A DNA stretch of 64,000 nucleotides from the NCBI GenBank assembly GCA_964252035.1, contig OZ176209.1. One strand, 5' to 3'. The position numbers were made by a program, and so were the translations under genes. Below are positions 34,440 to 47,580 of the stretch, piece after piece (position 1 is the first letter of the stretch; every line of letters starts with the position of its first letter). This DNA comes from Podarcis erhardii. Taxonomy: Eukaryota. The notes under the pieces are model-generated. The model did no database searches, had not been told where the DNA came from, and worked only from the letters and a program-made list of their open reading frames with translations.

Positions 34440-35037
34440 GGAATGTGGGTGGTGCTGTGGGTTAAACCACAGAGCCTAGGACTTGCTTCATAAATATGGT
34501 AGTATTAGCAATTGTAGCAATTATTAGCCAGCAACGCAAAACATTTCGTAGAAATAGACTGCAGCTGGCATCATTTAGGGCCCTGCCCTCCTAGGCCAAG
34601 TGGAAATGAATGAGACAGAATATGGGGGACCAACCCTTTCAAGACTCAAGGGTTTGCATTTTAGTACCAACCTATATAACTCATGGGACGCGGGTGGCGC
34701 TGTGGATTAAACCACAGAGCCTGGGACTTGCCGATCAGAAGGTTGGCGGTTCAAATCCCCGCGACGGGGTGAGCTCCCATTGCTCGGTCCCTGCTCCTGC
34801 CAACCTAGCAGTTCGAAAGCACGTCAAAGTGCAAGTAGATAAATAGGGACCGCTCCGCCGGGAAGGTAAACGGCGTTTCCATGCGCTGCTCTGGTTCACC
34901 AGAAGCAGCTTAGTCATGCTGGCCACATGACCCGGAAGCTGTACGCCGGCTCCCTCAGCCAGTAAAGCGAGATGAGCGCCGCAACCCCAGAGTCAGCCAC
35001 GACTGGACCTAATGTTCAGGGGTCCCTTTACCTTTAC
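34440..35037 (+). mobile_element. chimeric Sauria SINE: short head + about 200 bp foreign DNA + full SINE (34685-35037)
   Basis: 15-bp direct repeat TTTATATCTATTGTA at 34425-34439 and 35038-35052 brackets the whole unit. Confidence 0.75.
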
Positions 35038-36239
35038 TTTATATCTATTGTAAACGTGGAGAACCAAACATGAGACTGGAAAAAATAGAAGGCGAAATCA
35101 ACATATACGCCCATCCCTAATCGCAATGAGCACAAGCAAGGGCATGGAACATCTTCTTTGTTAATGGCAGTGAGGGTGTCTTCCTACATGCAGGATTCCT
35201 TTTTGAGCTGTTGCTGTGCCTTCTGAGCAGAATAGTGGCTGTCTAGTGGCCCATGGAAGGGGAAAGATTAATTATATAGCAATGCTGTTCAAATATTCAA
35301 AGCAAATGTTTTTGCTGAAAATGATGGCCAGCTTTTTTTTTTTAAACAGAAATCTTGCAAGTATTTGTTGCCACAATTTTTTGTGTGTGAAAGAAATCAT
35401 TTTTCTTTTGTAGTCCAGGCATGAAGACATTTGTTATTCAGCAGTTCATTATTCACTGACTTCATTATTTGTCCATTATTCAGTATAGGTTGGCAAGCTG
35501 CAGACTGATGAAACTGCATCACATGATGAAGAAGGAGGTGCTGAGGTGCTGTAGTGTGGAATACTAACAATTATTTGGGCAGCAGTCCAGCATATTGATG
35601 GAACATTGTAAAAAGTCCTAGATTCTTTGAGGGAGATGGATTGAGGATTAAATCTGTAGATTAAAATTTAAACCTCCTATACACATGTGTGGGAGAAATG
35701 GAAAAGTAAGCAGGCTGCGAAGCCTCTGTAGCTGAGCAAAAACACTTATATGTTTTACAGTTTGCTGAAGTTTAAGAATTACGAAGTTATACTGTTTTAC
35801 CCCCTTTTATTTGTGATCTGCTGACCTTCCTCTCTTCACCCCCGTTGCAGAGAATGAACCAGACATTTTCAGTAAGATAAGCAAAAGGTTTTACTTACAT
35901 TTCAATGAAGGCAGCAAATGCATCAAAGTAGTGTGCAGAAAAATACTTCTAAGTTACCATAATATAAAAGTTGGTAGTCTCAAAATAGTGTGTGTGTGTG
36001 CGTGCGCATGCGTGCATACTTGAAGCCCCAGACACATGTCTGCCTCAGACACATGTCAGAGGCAGAAGGAAGTGTAAGGGATTATCACATTTGTTACAGA
36101 ATTGCGCTGAGAAGGCAAAGGAAGTGGCCTCACACAGAGGGTCCTAGCAAAACATGCACTTGTGATTTGGCTACAAACCCCACAGATTCCATGTATGATT
36201 TCATACATTTTATCTCACTGGTTTTCCAGCTCTAGCAAA

Positions 36240-36290
36240 TTATTCTATTCTATTCTATTCTATTCTATTCTATTCTATTCTATTCTATTC
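36240..36290. repeat. (ATTCT)n pentanucleotide repeat
   Basis: Directly visible. Confidence 0.95.
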
Positions 36291-36493
36291 CTGCATAATA
36301 CACCACTTGATTGTAAAAGTATATATCACAAAGTGGTTTAGAAAAGATAAAACAGAAGCAAGAAACATACAAAAGTTAAAACGCTAAAATTAAGATTACA
36401 ATTACCTCAACTTTCTAAGCATCTGCAGAAAGGAAGACTGCACAGTGCAGGCCACTGGTGAAATGACTTGTAGAATGAAAGAACACTTGCAGG

Positions 36494-36979
36494 CAGGGCC
36501 GTCTTAAGCATATCCGGCGCCGTGGTGCAAAGATCCCTCCAGCGTCCGTCCCCCCCGTTTCCAAGAATTGACCTTTTTTAAGGGGGGGACGACACCCCAA
36601 AGTTGTTGACCTTTTAAAGGAAAGGTTCCCCTGAGTTGTTGACCTTTTTTTAGGGAGCTGACACCACGCTTAACATAAACGAAGAACCAGTAAACAGTTA
36701 GGCTGCAGCTTAACTATATCAGAAAAGCACCCAGCCAATTTGGTTGCCAATAAATACTCCTGCTGAAATTTCTGAGATCATGGTCTTTCCAACTAGTGGC
36801 TCTGTTAATTGTCTTACTTTAAATGTTGTGATTATCCTCTGCCCTTTTAAAATGTGGTTTTGGGAGTGGGAGGTTATTAGGGTTGTTGTTTTTATTTTGA
36901 TTATGTATTTTGTGGTTTTATATTTTGATTTTATTCAGTGAAGCGCCCCGAGACTTGGGGTATAGGGCAGTATATTATT

Positions 36980-37021
<42 letters not shown>

Positions 37022-38341
37022 CCCACTTCCTACCATCCACATGCCCCTTTTTGTCCCTTTACACTGTCATGTTTTGCACCAGCTTTCTTCCAACTAGCAT
37101 AAATAGATGAAACTGGAAGTGGGTGGAGGGGGAGAGAGGTAGCAGTGAGAGAAGAGAGACAGACATCCCCTCCCATATCCTATGCCTTCCTGCAGCACTA
37201 CTCAGAAGTAAATCTGACACTGTATACAATGGGGCTTCCTCTCAGGTGCATTTACGTAGGATTATCATTGCTGCAGAAATGATACCTTTATATTGCTTTT
37301 AATTATCACCTGCCCCAGGAAGGTGACCTTTGCAAAATGAAATCGCAAGGCTGCGTTGCAAGATCAGAAATACCGAATATAAAAGTGGTTGGCAAAGGGT
37401 GAAGGGTGGAGACAGATGGCTGGTGACGCACAAACTACAATGCTTCATCCAGCCCACATCATAGAAACAGCTCCCCCACCCCTTCCCCTTTTAATTTCGT
37501 GGGGAGGGGAGAGCAGGGGACCCTTATCAGCCGCACTCAATAGAAATCATACCCCACCACATAAAGGTAAAGGTAAAGGGACCCCTGACCATTAGGTCCA
37601 GTCGCGGACGACTCTGGGGTTGCGCGCTCATCTCGCTTTATTGGCTGAGGGAGCCAGCGTACAGTTTCCGGGTCATGTGTCAAGCATGACTAAGCCACTT
37701 CTGGCGAACCAGAGCAGCGCACAGAAACGCCGTTTACCTTCCCGCTGGAGCGGTACCTGTTTATCTACTTGCACTTTGACGGGCTTTCAAACTGCTAGGT
37801 TGGCAGGAGCAGGGACCGAGAAACAGGAGCTCACCCCATCATGGGGATTTGAACTGCCGACGTTCTAATCTGCAAGTCCTAGGCTCTGTGGTTTAACCCA
37901 CAGCACCACCCGTGTCCCTCTCCCCACCACATACCCAACTATTAAAACTCCCTCTTGCCAAGCAGCAGGGGCAGGCACAGCGACGAAGGAGGTCTCTCGG
38001 CACTGCCCATAGGGAAGGCGTGGGAGCTGCCCAGAAGGCAGAAAAAGGGGACATGGGCTGGGAGGGATGCAGTCCTTGGCTCACCCCCACCCGCAGCCAC
38101 CTTCGTCTCCTCCTCCTTTCAGGGCAGGGCGGGGACTCAGAGCCTCGCTGGAAGCTGGAGAAAGCCCCTTGACAGCTCTATGCTAATCCCAGGCACCCAG
38201 GGAGGAGCCAGGAGGCCACCTCAGTGCCTCGCTTGGCCTCGAACTCACGCAGAGCCGCAGTGAAAGAGCCTGCTCGGCGCCCCTGGGAGCCCAGCACTGT
38301 GGCGCCACGCGCCACTAGAGACAATGGTTAAGATGTCCCTG
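36494..38341. mobile_element. 1.85-kb non-autonomous hAT element with non-transposase cargo and a nested Sauria SINE
   Basis: TIR CAGGGCCGTCTTAA / TTAAGATGTCCCTG (12/14); TSD CTTGCAGG / CTTTCAGG (7/8). Confidence 0.65.
37564..37921 (-). mobile_element. Sauria SINE nested in the hAT element
   Basis: (TAAAGG)n tail at left, 12-bp TSD CCCCACCACATA. Confidence 0.88.
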
Positions 38342-38794
38342 CTTTCAGGCAAGCTTCAAACATCTCAAAAATGTGTAACGAAAGACTCTGCATTCCCCCC
38401 GCCCTGTGAAAATTTCACCGAAATTATGTTAACTTTTGAATGCAGTTGGTTTAAAATTAATTGATTGAAAAATAGTCAGGAAAATAGCGGGAGAAGGTTT
38501 TGGCACTTACAATTCAGTATTACTTCAGCTCAGCACTTGAACACAGTAAAGGTGAGCTACACCTGGGATCTTATAGGTACGGAAGGCTCGCATGAACTTG
38601 CCTAGGTCTAGAGCAGTGGTTTACAGAGGCCTTTGCTTTTGGCCATTTGATTATTATTATTTAAACAATGAGGGGCAAAGAACTAGAATATATTGTAAAT
38701 CAGAGGACTTCTGCAAAAAACAACAACCCCAAAAAACAACAAACCATATCCCCACACCCCTATAGTACCAGTGGGGAGTTTTATTTACCAGGAA

Positions 38795-38985
38795 TGTCCA
38801 TCGCTCAGTGGTAGAGCATCTGTTTTGCATGCAGGTTCAACCTCTTGCCACCTCAGGTAGGTATGGCTAGGAATGCCCCCTACCTGAAACCCTGGAGCTC
38901 CACTGCCTGTCCGTGTAGACAGTTCTGAACAACACCATACCAAGGCTCTGACTTGGTATATAAGGCAGCTTGCTATGTTCCTACC
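38795..38985 (+). mobile_element. tRNA-derived SINE (Squam2-like), degenerate
   Basis: gctcagtggtagagcatctgttttgcatgcag head, cctgaaaccctggag body, ggcagcttgctatgttccta end. Confidence 0.6.
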
Positions 38986-41111
38986 AGGCCAAAATAAATA
39001 AATGACCATTTGAGTACATATAGCTCCCATGATGTCTTACTGATTAGCTTTGTGGGTGATATCCCTCAGCAATTTCTCACAGCAGCAGCAACTGGGATTG
39101 CATTTTAAATAAAATTATAAACTTCATTCTAGCAGCCACAAGGTGTCCCCAGTACTTTAGCTCCTTTTGGTGATCTGGGTGCCCTGCACAGCAATCGGAT
39201 TGGAATTTGGGAAAAGCAATTTAAATGAACTTTAAACAGTTGGATTCAAGGGTGATGCTGAGTCTTTTGCAGCAACAGGATTCCTGTACACTGCGGAGAG
39301 TCCAAAATACGCCCATGGCATGTACTGTATTTCCTGATTCCAAAGCATCATCCTAAGGGTTCTTTTAAAAAAATGACTCTATGATTGCTGAGTACCCTTG
39401 GGGAGCTCATTCACGAGAAAGGCTTTGGGAGTAAACCCTGAGGAAAAATCTATACCCACTGCCTTGCAGGACATATTCAGGAGAAGAAAAGGCCGAGTAA
39501 ATCCTACCCAAATCTGGAGTGGAGTCCCTAACATGGTTGAATGGTGCCCTGTTCGCCTTCTTCAAGCAATTCCTGCAGCCAGGCTGGTGCCAAGCATATT
39601 GCTCTGCTTTCCTTTTGGACCACATTAGTGAGGCTGAAAGAGGGTCTTCTTCTCTGGGTAGCCCAGGACCTCCATACACACTGCCCAGGCTTGTGCCTCA
39701 GAGAGGTGATTTCACTGCTGCTAATGCAGCAAAATCAATCAGCGCTGTGATTCTCCATTGGTTTGACTTATTCCCTGGAGGCGCACTCCATTGTCTCTCG
39801 AGACAGACAGTTGTTGCCAACAACAACAACAACCCTTGGGGAAGCCAGCTTTCCTGGGTACCCAGTCACTATAGCTCCCATGGCGTCTGATTGGGTAGGA
39901 TTAATCAGATGGGATGAATCCAGTAAATGAATGGATGGTACATATAGGAATATAACTTACAACTGGCAAGTGGTGTTTAATACTTTATTATAGGAGTGGG
40001 GAGCCTTTGCACCCCCCAGGTATTGCTAAACTACAGCTTCCATCATCCCTAGCAAGCACGGCCAATAGCAAGGGGTGATGGGAATTGTAGTTTAGCAACA
40101 CTTGGTGCTTTTTTAGCTGTTCTGTAATGTGTTTTTGAGTATGGTTTTGCCCAAGGTAAGGTGCAACACCCACCTCACCTTCAAGGAATGGTGTGTTTGC
40201 ACATGTAGGACCTGCACCATGTAGGACAGTGCACCTCAATGTCAGGATGTTCTCCTGTTCAGGCTTCCTTCCAACTTGCAAAAAGTGTGAGGAGCTCAAG
40301 CAGAACATTCTCTGCTCCCTCCCATTTTCTATTTTACTTCTCCAACAAACACCAGCTCTCCCTGTGTGTGTTGAGGTTCCTTTGGTTTTTGGCCCCAATA
40401 GTGTTGTTGTTGTTGTTTTAAAAAAGTTTTGTTTCTACATCTGCAAACACCTGCTCCCCTGTGTAACTGAATGCCTCCCTCTTTCTCAGAGGTCTCATTC
40501 TAGCCCTATTTTTTTGTCAGCACTCATCATCTTGGTTTGCTAGTAGAGGGAGTGATTAATGATCTAGCAGGAGTCTTCTCATCTGTCAGGCAGTGCTGCT
40601 GTTTTGGTTCCCTGCCTAAGACAATCTTGGTGACACAGAAGAGCTGCCACAGTGTGCATGATGCCAGGAGGAGCTGCCTCAGCACAAGGATTTTCAATGC
40701 TGCATCTCCCCTGTGTTTTGGGGAGACTTCTCCCATGCCTCCTGAGATGCACCGCAGCACACAAGGGGTTCCTTGGCAGGAAGGCAATTCAGAAATACTC
40801 CAAGTAAATAAATGATGGAGCCTTCTGCATTATCTATAAGGACTGCAGACTTCCTGCTGTTCAGAGGGCTTTACCCTAAATGTTCGATTGCCTGGCAGAA
40901 TTCTAAACCTCCAAAAAGAGAGAGAGAAGAAATATTTTCATTTTGCAGTTGGATATGGAGGGTGATTTTAGGTGTCCAAATGGAATACCTGCTGGTCTGG
41001 TTCATGACTTGGGCATAGGGGTGTTATGTTACAAATGGCTCAAAGTTTAGAAAAGGATGGGATGCTCCATGTTACAGAACTGGCTTGGACAGCTGTTTAT
41101 TGTCCAGGACA

Positions 41112-41771
41112 GCTGTTTATCAGCTCCATCTGGTACGCAGGCTGAGACCCTACCTACCCACAGACTGCCTCGCCAGAGTGGTGCATGCTCTGGTTATCTC
41201 CCGCTTGGACTACTGCAATGTGCTCTATGTGGGGCTACCTTTGAAGGTGACCCAGAAACTACAATTAATCCAGAATGCAGCAGCTAGACTGGTGACTGGG
41301 AGTGGCTGCCGAGACCATCTAACACCAGTCTTGAAAGACCTACATTGGCTCCCAGTACGTTTCTGAGCACAATTCAAAGTGTTGGTGCTGACCTTTAAAG
41401 CCCTAAACAGCTTCAGCCCAGTATACCTGAAAGAGCTTCTCCACCTCCATCATTCTGCCCGGACACTGAGGTCCAGCGCCTAGGGCCTTCTGGCGGTTCC
41501 CTCGCTGCGAGAAGCCAAGTTACAGGGAACCAGGCAGAGGGCTTCTCGGTAGTGGCACCCGCCCTGTGGAACGCCCTCCCATCAGATGTCAAAGAGAAAA
41601 ATAACTACCAAACTTTTAGAAGACATCTAAAGGCAGCCCTATTTAGGGAAGCTTTTAATGTTTAATAGGTTATTGTATTTTAGTGTTTTGTTGGAAGCCG
41701 CCCAGAGTGGCTGGGGGGACCCAGCCAGATGGGCGGGGTATAAATAATAAATTATTATTATTATTATTATT
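41112..41771 (+). mobile_element. L2-clade LINE 3' fragment
   Basis: Decayed ORF2 ..VVHALVISRLDYCNVLYVGLPLK..QNAAARLVTG..LHWLPVRF, 3' UTR and (TTA)n tail; matching tails at 15220-15295 and 29750-29843. Confidence 0.85.
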
Positions 41772-43610
41772 GGTGAAACCAGAGCTACAGAAGCTGCAGA
41801 TGAAAAGTCCCTCATTTAAGAAGCCTCTGTGCACACTTTGGAAACTGATTGTGGACATTGCAGAGCTGATGCCAGCCACTTGCCTGGTCCTTTCTGTGGT
41901 GTAAGCTGTGCCAGGCATAGAGAGGTAACCAGCAGCACCATTGGTGGTGCCATTTCTGTGCACATATTGTACTGCAGGGGCTTTCAAAGGCCATCACCGC
42001 TGTGCCTTTGGAAAATCTCGGAGCAGTTGAGCCCTAAAATCACTGGTGGTATCTCTTCCCCAGATTTCAGGCGACAGCATGGAAAGCTTAAAGCAGCCAA
42101 CATCTGCTTGCTTGTTTCCCCAGCCTTTGAGTAACAAATCCCTTCTCTGACTTTCAGCTTACATAGCGTAATCTTGACAAGTGGATCCTTTGGCAGTTTC
42201 CTCTTCATGGAGATGCAGCTTTCCCCACCTATATTTCTTCTATTGAGGGGGGAAAAATGTAGTTTCCATATGAACTAAAATAAATTGGAAAGAGAGCTCC
42301 ACAAAAGCCTAGGCTTAGGGCGCCATTCACGTTTAAAGCGTTACGATATGATTTTAAACAGTCATGGCTTACCCCATGGAATTCTGGGAGCTGTTAAGGG
42401 TGCTGGGAGTTTCCTGTGAAAAGGGATTTACTGTTAAGTGACTCTGATAATTGTAGCTCCAGGAGGGGAATAGAGATCTAACAATTGTTAACACCCTTAA
42501 CTACAGCTCCCAGAATACTTTGGGGGAATGTCATGACTGTTTGAAGTGTTATGACAGTGTTTTAAATGTCTGGGGGTGTGGGTGACCTAGGTCTAGAGTC
42601 AGGCCACAGAAAGATACTTGGCTTTCCTGATCCTTAAATATAATGGACTGCAGGTCTTGTTCATTCAACCTTCCCCAAGCAGGCATTAGCTGTGTCACAG
42701 ATGAACACTTAGAATCTCTGTAACAGGACATGTATCCAGATGCCTTCACACAATACATTTTTAGCTGTTTACAGATTTCATGCTGAAAGAGTAATGTGTG
42801 AAATGTCTAAAAAGCAACAAATGCGCTTTACAAATGCACATATCATACAGGTGGGCACATCAGGGGACTGTGATTGGCTAATGACCCACAAGCCCACATT
42901 TACTTGGTATGGTGACTCATTGATTTATTATCACATGAATTTTGGACCTTAGGTCTTCAGCAGATGCCTGCTTCATGCATTTTAACTTCAAACGTTTGCC
43001 AATTTTATAACCATGACTTGAGGCACCTAAGCAAAAAATTACTTAACTCCTATGAGCACCTTATGGCAAACGCTCACTGGATCTTCTGTCAGCTGCCAGA
43101 GAGCAGTTCCCAAGTGTTAAAATGTAAGACTTGATCCTTCCCAAAGTTCAGCTGCAGATGTCAACACAACATTATAATATGCCAACAAAACAAAAGTTGT
43201 AAGTGATATTCATCATACCAGTTAAGGATTGCAACCAATAATTATTTTGGATTTACTTATGGAGCCTGCAACCCACTTGCACAGGTGAGCCACAGATTGG
43301 GAAGTGCTGAGGTAGAGACCTGGATTCCAAGTGCTTAGCAACTGAGGCAGCACATCAAATTCAAACCATGTGTCTATTATCTGGAGGACATTGGGACAGA
43401 ATGCAATCAAATAAGAACTCAAATACTGCATCTAGATTGAGGTTGGTTTTTTGTCCGGCATCTTTCCAAAACCCACAACTTGCTGGCCAAGATCATGATG
43501 ATTGACAAGAGCAAACCTAAGCCAAAGAAGCAAGGAAGTGGAAAAGGGTATACCAAGCACAGAAGTACCATAGGTGGAAGTCCAACCACAGGCAATGCAG
43601 GAATCTCAGC

Positions 43611-43715
43611 TATAGCATCCATGACAGATGGCCATCCAACCTCTGCTTAAAAACCTTGAAGGAAGGAGAGTCCCCAACTTCCCGAGGGAGACTGTTCCAC
43701 AGTTGAACAGCTCTT
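43611..43715 (-). mobile_element. CR1 LINE 3' fragment
   Basis: gacagatggccatccaacctctgcttaaaaacc..ctgttccac; similar pieces at 28120-28200 and 51845-52195 (split by a MITE). Confidence 0.65.
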
Positions 43716-44524
43716 GTGTGGGATAACAATTGCTTGGTGCATAACTTCCCCAGAAACAAATCAGAATGAATGATCACTGAACAGCCAGCATTATATAACA
43801 TCCCCATAAGCTTTTGCAAATAAATCAAGATGAATTCTCAGTTAATAGGTGGCCTGGAGCTGACCTCTGTGTGGACTTCTGCTTTCTCTGTCTCCAGCAC
43901 AAGGCTTGTGTGACAGGAAGGGAGTTCCCTGGAACATCTCCCAATGGATCTTTCAGAAAGACATCCGCAGTGTTAACAGACCAGGTGGGAGGGCCGTGAG
44001 TCAGCCCAAGCAGTTCTATTAAAATCTCTGCACCTGTTTCAGGAAGAAAAGGGCCAAGCAGAATAGGAGACAGAGGAGGCTCTGCCAGCTGGCAAGAGAT
44101 GAATAGAGGAAGAAGAGGGCTTGTCGGAAGAAGAAAACTGCTGAGATGTGGCTTTTCCCCATTGTTAGGTTTAGTATTTGGTAAGACAGGAAGGAGACTG
44201 CAGCACAACACAGGTTATGGAAGAATAACTGAATCCCGACTCAAACATTGGGATTAATCCAGCAGTGGGTGGTGTTGTCAGTCAGGGATGGCAGGGAGGA
44301 AGACAGCCAGTTTACTGGTAGGTGGTGAGACAAAAGCAGGCAGGTGGGAACTGGCTGAGGGCAGACTTGAGGCTGGTGGGGCACTGGTCCATTCACCCTC
44401 ATGAACCAGCCCCAAGCAGATTAGTCTTCTGCCATGTCTGGTGTGCAGTTAGCAAGCCAAATGGAGATATTTTGCATAGGGGCAGTAAAGAATGCTGGGA
44501 ATGCATGTAGTTTCTGATACTATA

Positions 44525-44883
44525 AAAGGTAAAGGTAAAGGGACCCCTGACCATTAGGTCCAGTCGTGACCAACTCTGGGGTTGTGGCACTCATTTCGCT
44601 TTATTGGCCGAGGGAGCCGGCGTACAGATTCCGGGTCATGTGGCCAGCATGACTAAGCTGCTTCTGGCGAACCAGAGCAGCGCACGGAAACACCATTTAC
44701 CTTCCCGCTGGAGCGGTACCTATTTATCTACTTGTACTTTGACATGCTTTTGAACTGCTAGGTTGGCAGGAGAAGGACCGAGCAACGGGAGCTCACCCTG
44801 TCGCGGGGATTCAAACCCCCGACCTTCTGATCAGCAAGCCCTAACCTCTGTGGTTTAACCCACAGTGCCACCTGCGTCCCTTT
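44525..44883 (-). mobile_element. Sauria SINE
   Basis: TSD TGATACTATA, homologous to 37564. Confidence 0.88.
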
Positions 44884-46434
44884 TGATACTATAGTGGTTT
44901 TTAAATAAAGCAAAAATTGGGGTGTATGGGGTGTTGGGGGACACAGTGTGCTCCTTGTGGGGTAGTTTGACCACTTTTGGTCCCCACCCCGTACTCAGCC
45001 TGTGGCTCCTAGAAGCTGCCATCACGCAACAGCAGTCACATCATGGGAATGGCTTCAACTGGCTGGCTAAACCAGGTGAAGGTAGCCAATGGGTCTCAAA
45101 CTCTTGGTGAGTTAGGAACTTCCCTTGCATTTGAAGACAGGCTCTAAGAGATTGAGTGGGTGAGATCAATAGTGGGTCCAACAGTCAAGGAAGCAGTTTC
45201 TGCACATGCTGTAGAGGAAAGTGAGGGGCAGATGTGGCCTGTCAGCTTGGGAAGGTAGCTCACCTAGGAGAAGGAAAACTCTGATCCTTCAAGATGGTGG
45301 CATACATTTAAAAGCAACATTATAAAATGCAATGTAGTAAAAGCAAATTAGTTTAAAACAATAATTAAAATACACCCAAACCCCTTTAAAACCAGCAATT
45401 AAAAACAGCCTGCCCTGACAGCGGTCCAGTGATCAGCATTGTATATACCTTAATTTTTGGAATAAGGTCTTAGCCTGTTGGTGGAAGGATAACAAAGAGG
45501 GAGCCAAGTGAGCCATTATTGGGAGAGAATTTCATAATGTGGGAGCAACCATGGAAAAGGCTCTCTCTTATGATGATGATGGAACAGAGGGAAGGTGTTC
45601 ACTCAAAGATCTTACCACCTCGTCAGGTTCATAGAACCACATAGGGCTTTATAAGTCACGGCCAGCACTTTGAATCGTGCCCAGAAATTAGTAGTTAGTG
45701 AAATTGTTTTAACCAAGGGTCAGGGTTGGGGCTTTGTCTTCTGTAACTAAAGGTGACTGGGGCCTCTCCTTTCAGAGGATACTTTATAAACTTCCTAATT
45801 TGGCTAGAACAATATAGGTGGCAGCACTAACTGACTTCTAAACTTTTCGAATACAGATCGACAAACTTCTGTCCGTTGAACCCTATTATTGCACTTTGGA
45901 ACTTTTTTTGTCAGCAAAGTTTTTAAATAGATTGTGTAGCGATGTGGCAAGGATAGCAAATTCCCAAATGAACTTCGTATAGTATTCCCTACAAATACAA
46001 AGGTTTTCTAATCCTTGTCATAGGATCTCCTCATTCATGCAAATCTTCAGTTTTTGACTCTCTGCTGCTATTCCTTCAGCAGCAGAAGATTGCCTCTTTA
46101 AAGAGTCTTGTTTAAACAATTAGCTTCTTTAAAACGTTGGCATTTTACTCTAGACCCCTACCATAAGCAATGATGCCTATTCAACATTGCTTTTTTTTAA
46201 AAAGCAAACCATCTGGCTGCCTAATTATATTTCAATGAAAATGTTATTGTATGGGGTAATATGGTTTGGTGGAATTTTTATATAGATATAAAAAGAGTAT
46301 CAGGTACCTAGTATGGTTTTAAAAGGGTTTAGGATATGGCACATGGGTCTACTGCTCATTGAGAAAGTACCCCTAGTTTCAAAAGTGGTTTGCCATTTGG
46401 TATTCAAGGTCTGCTGCCTTAGAACCTAAAGCCC

Positions 46435-46682
46435 AGAAGAAGAAGAAGAGGAGTTCGGATTTGATATCCTGCTTTATCACTACCCAAAGGAGTCTCAAAG
46501 CGGCTAACATTCTCCTTTCCCTTCCTCCCCCACAACAAACACTCTGTGAGGTGAGTGGGGCTGAGAGACTTCAGAGAAGTGTGACTGGCCCAAGGTCACC
46601 CAGCAGCTGCATGTGGAGGAGCGGAGATGCGAACCCGGTTCCCCAGATTATGAGTCTACCGCTCTTAACCACCACACTGGCT
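46435..46682 (-). mobile_element. tRNA-derived SINE (Squam3-like)
   Basis: Homologous to the 6049 copy. Confidence 0.82.
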
Positions 46683-47390
46683 CTCATTTCTTCTCTGATG
46701 TATCATATGAAAATACAGCTGAGGGAAGAGTGGAATATAAGATATCATAGTCTAGATCAGGAATGTATAGTAGTCAAAGGAGAAATTGTATTTGTTAGGT
46801 AAACTAATTGAAAACAAGTCGGACCCAGAGCCTGTTTGCCATGTTGTTCTCAGCATCCTGGCCACTGGGAATAAAGGCTGTGGCATTCAACATTCAGCTG
46901 CTGTGTTCCCTCACCCCACTTTTCTGGTCATGCAAACTGACTCAGTCTCCTCCTTATTTATGTCTTTTAATAACATCTATGGGCATTTCAAGGCAGTGGT
47001 TCAGGGAAGGTGCTCTAATGTTAGAAGGGTCAAGTGGGTGCAACCGGGCGTGGTTCGAAATGTACAATAGCAAATAATGTGGATATTGTATGAAGGGTTT
47101 ATCAATTCGGAAAGGTGTGGGAGGGCCCTTATTGCCAGATGTTTTAAAAAGAGCATAGCTTCTGTTTGCTTAACTTAACTGTGCGATTCTGGAATGTTGC
47201 TGATTAGCAATATGCACTGGGAACTAGAGAGTAATCGCTTTTTAAAGAACCTGGCCCTGATTTGGATGTGGTATAGTGGCTAGGAACAGGGAAAATCTGG
47301 GTTCAGTTCTCTGATCAACCATCAATTCTCTGGGTTACCTTAGGCAACCCATGACTCCTGGCCAAGATACTGTAACAGGATTGTTTTGGA

Positions 47391-47580
47391 CAGTGGCGTA
47401 GCGTGGGGGGTGCAGGGGGGGCGGCCGCACCGGGCGCAACATCTGGGGGTTAGGGTTAGGGGGCGCAAATCCACGGGTTAGGGGGCGCAAATCCACGGGT
47501 TAGGGGGCGCAAATCCACGGGTTAGGGGGCGCAAATTACTTGCCTTGCCCCGGGTGCTGACAACCCACGCTACGCCACTG
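47391..47580. mobile_element. 190-bp non-autonomous hAT element with internal 22-bp GGGTTAGGGGGCGCAAATCCAC tandem array
   Basis: Perfect TIR CAGTGGCGTAGCGTGGG / CCCACGCTACGCCACTG, perfect 8-bp TSD GTTTTGGA. Confidence 0.9.

Noticed and set aside
38305-38325. CTCF-like GCCACTAGAGACA
   Set aside because: Mismatches in the 3' GGC core, and it lies in the hAT subterminal region.
38800-38850. tRNA gene
   Set aside because: Only a tRNA-like 5' half (A box) without a complete cloverleaf; it continues into a SINE body. The same applies to the other SINE heads.
47453-47536. CRISPR-like or interstitial telomere array
   Set aside because: The repeats are head-to-tail with no unique spacers, there are no cas genes, and the DNA is eukaryotic. 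Only two contiguous TTAGGG units occur, inside a transposon.
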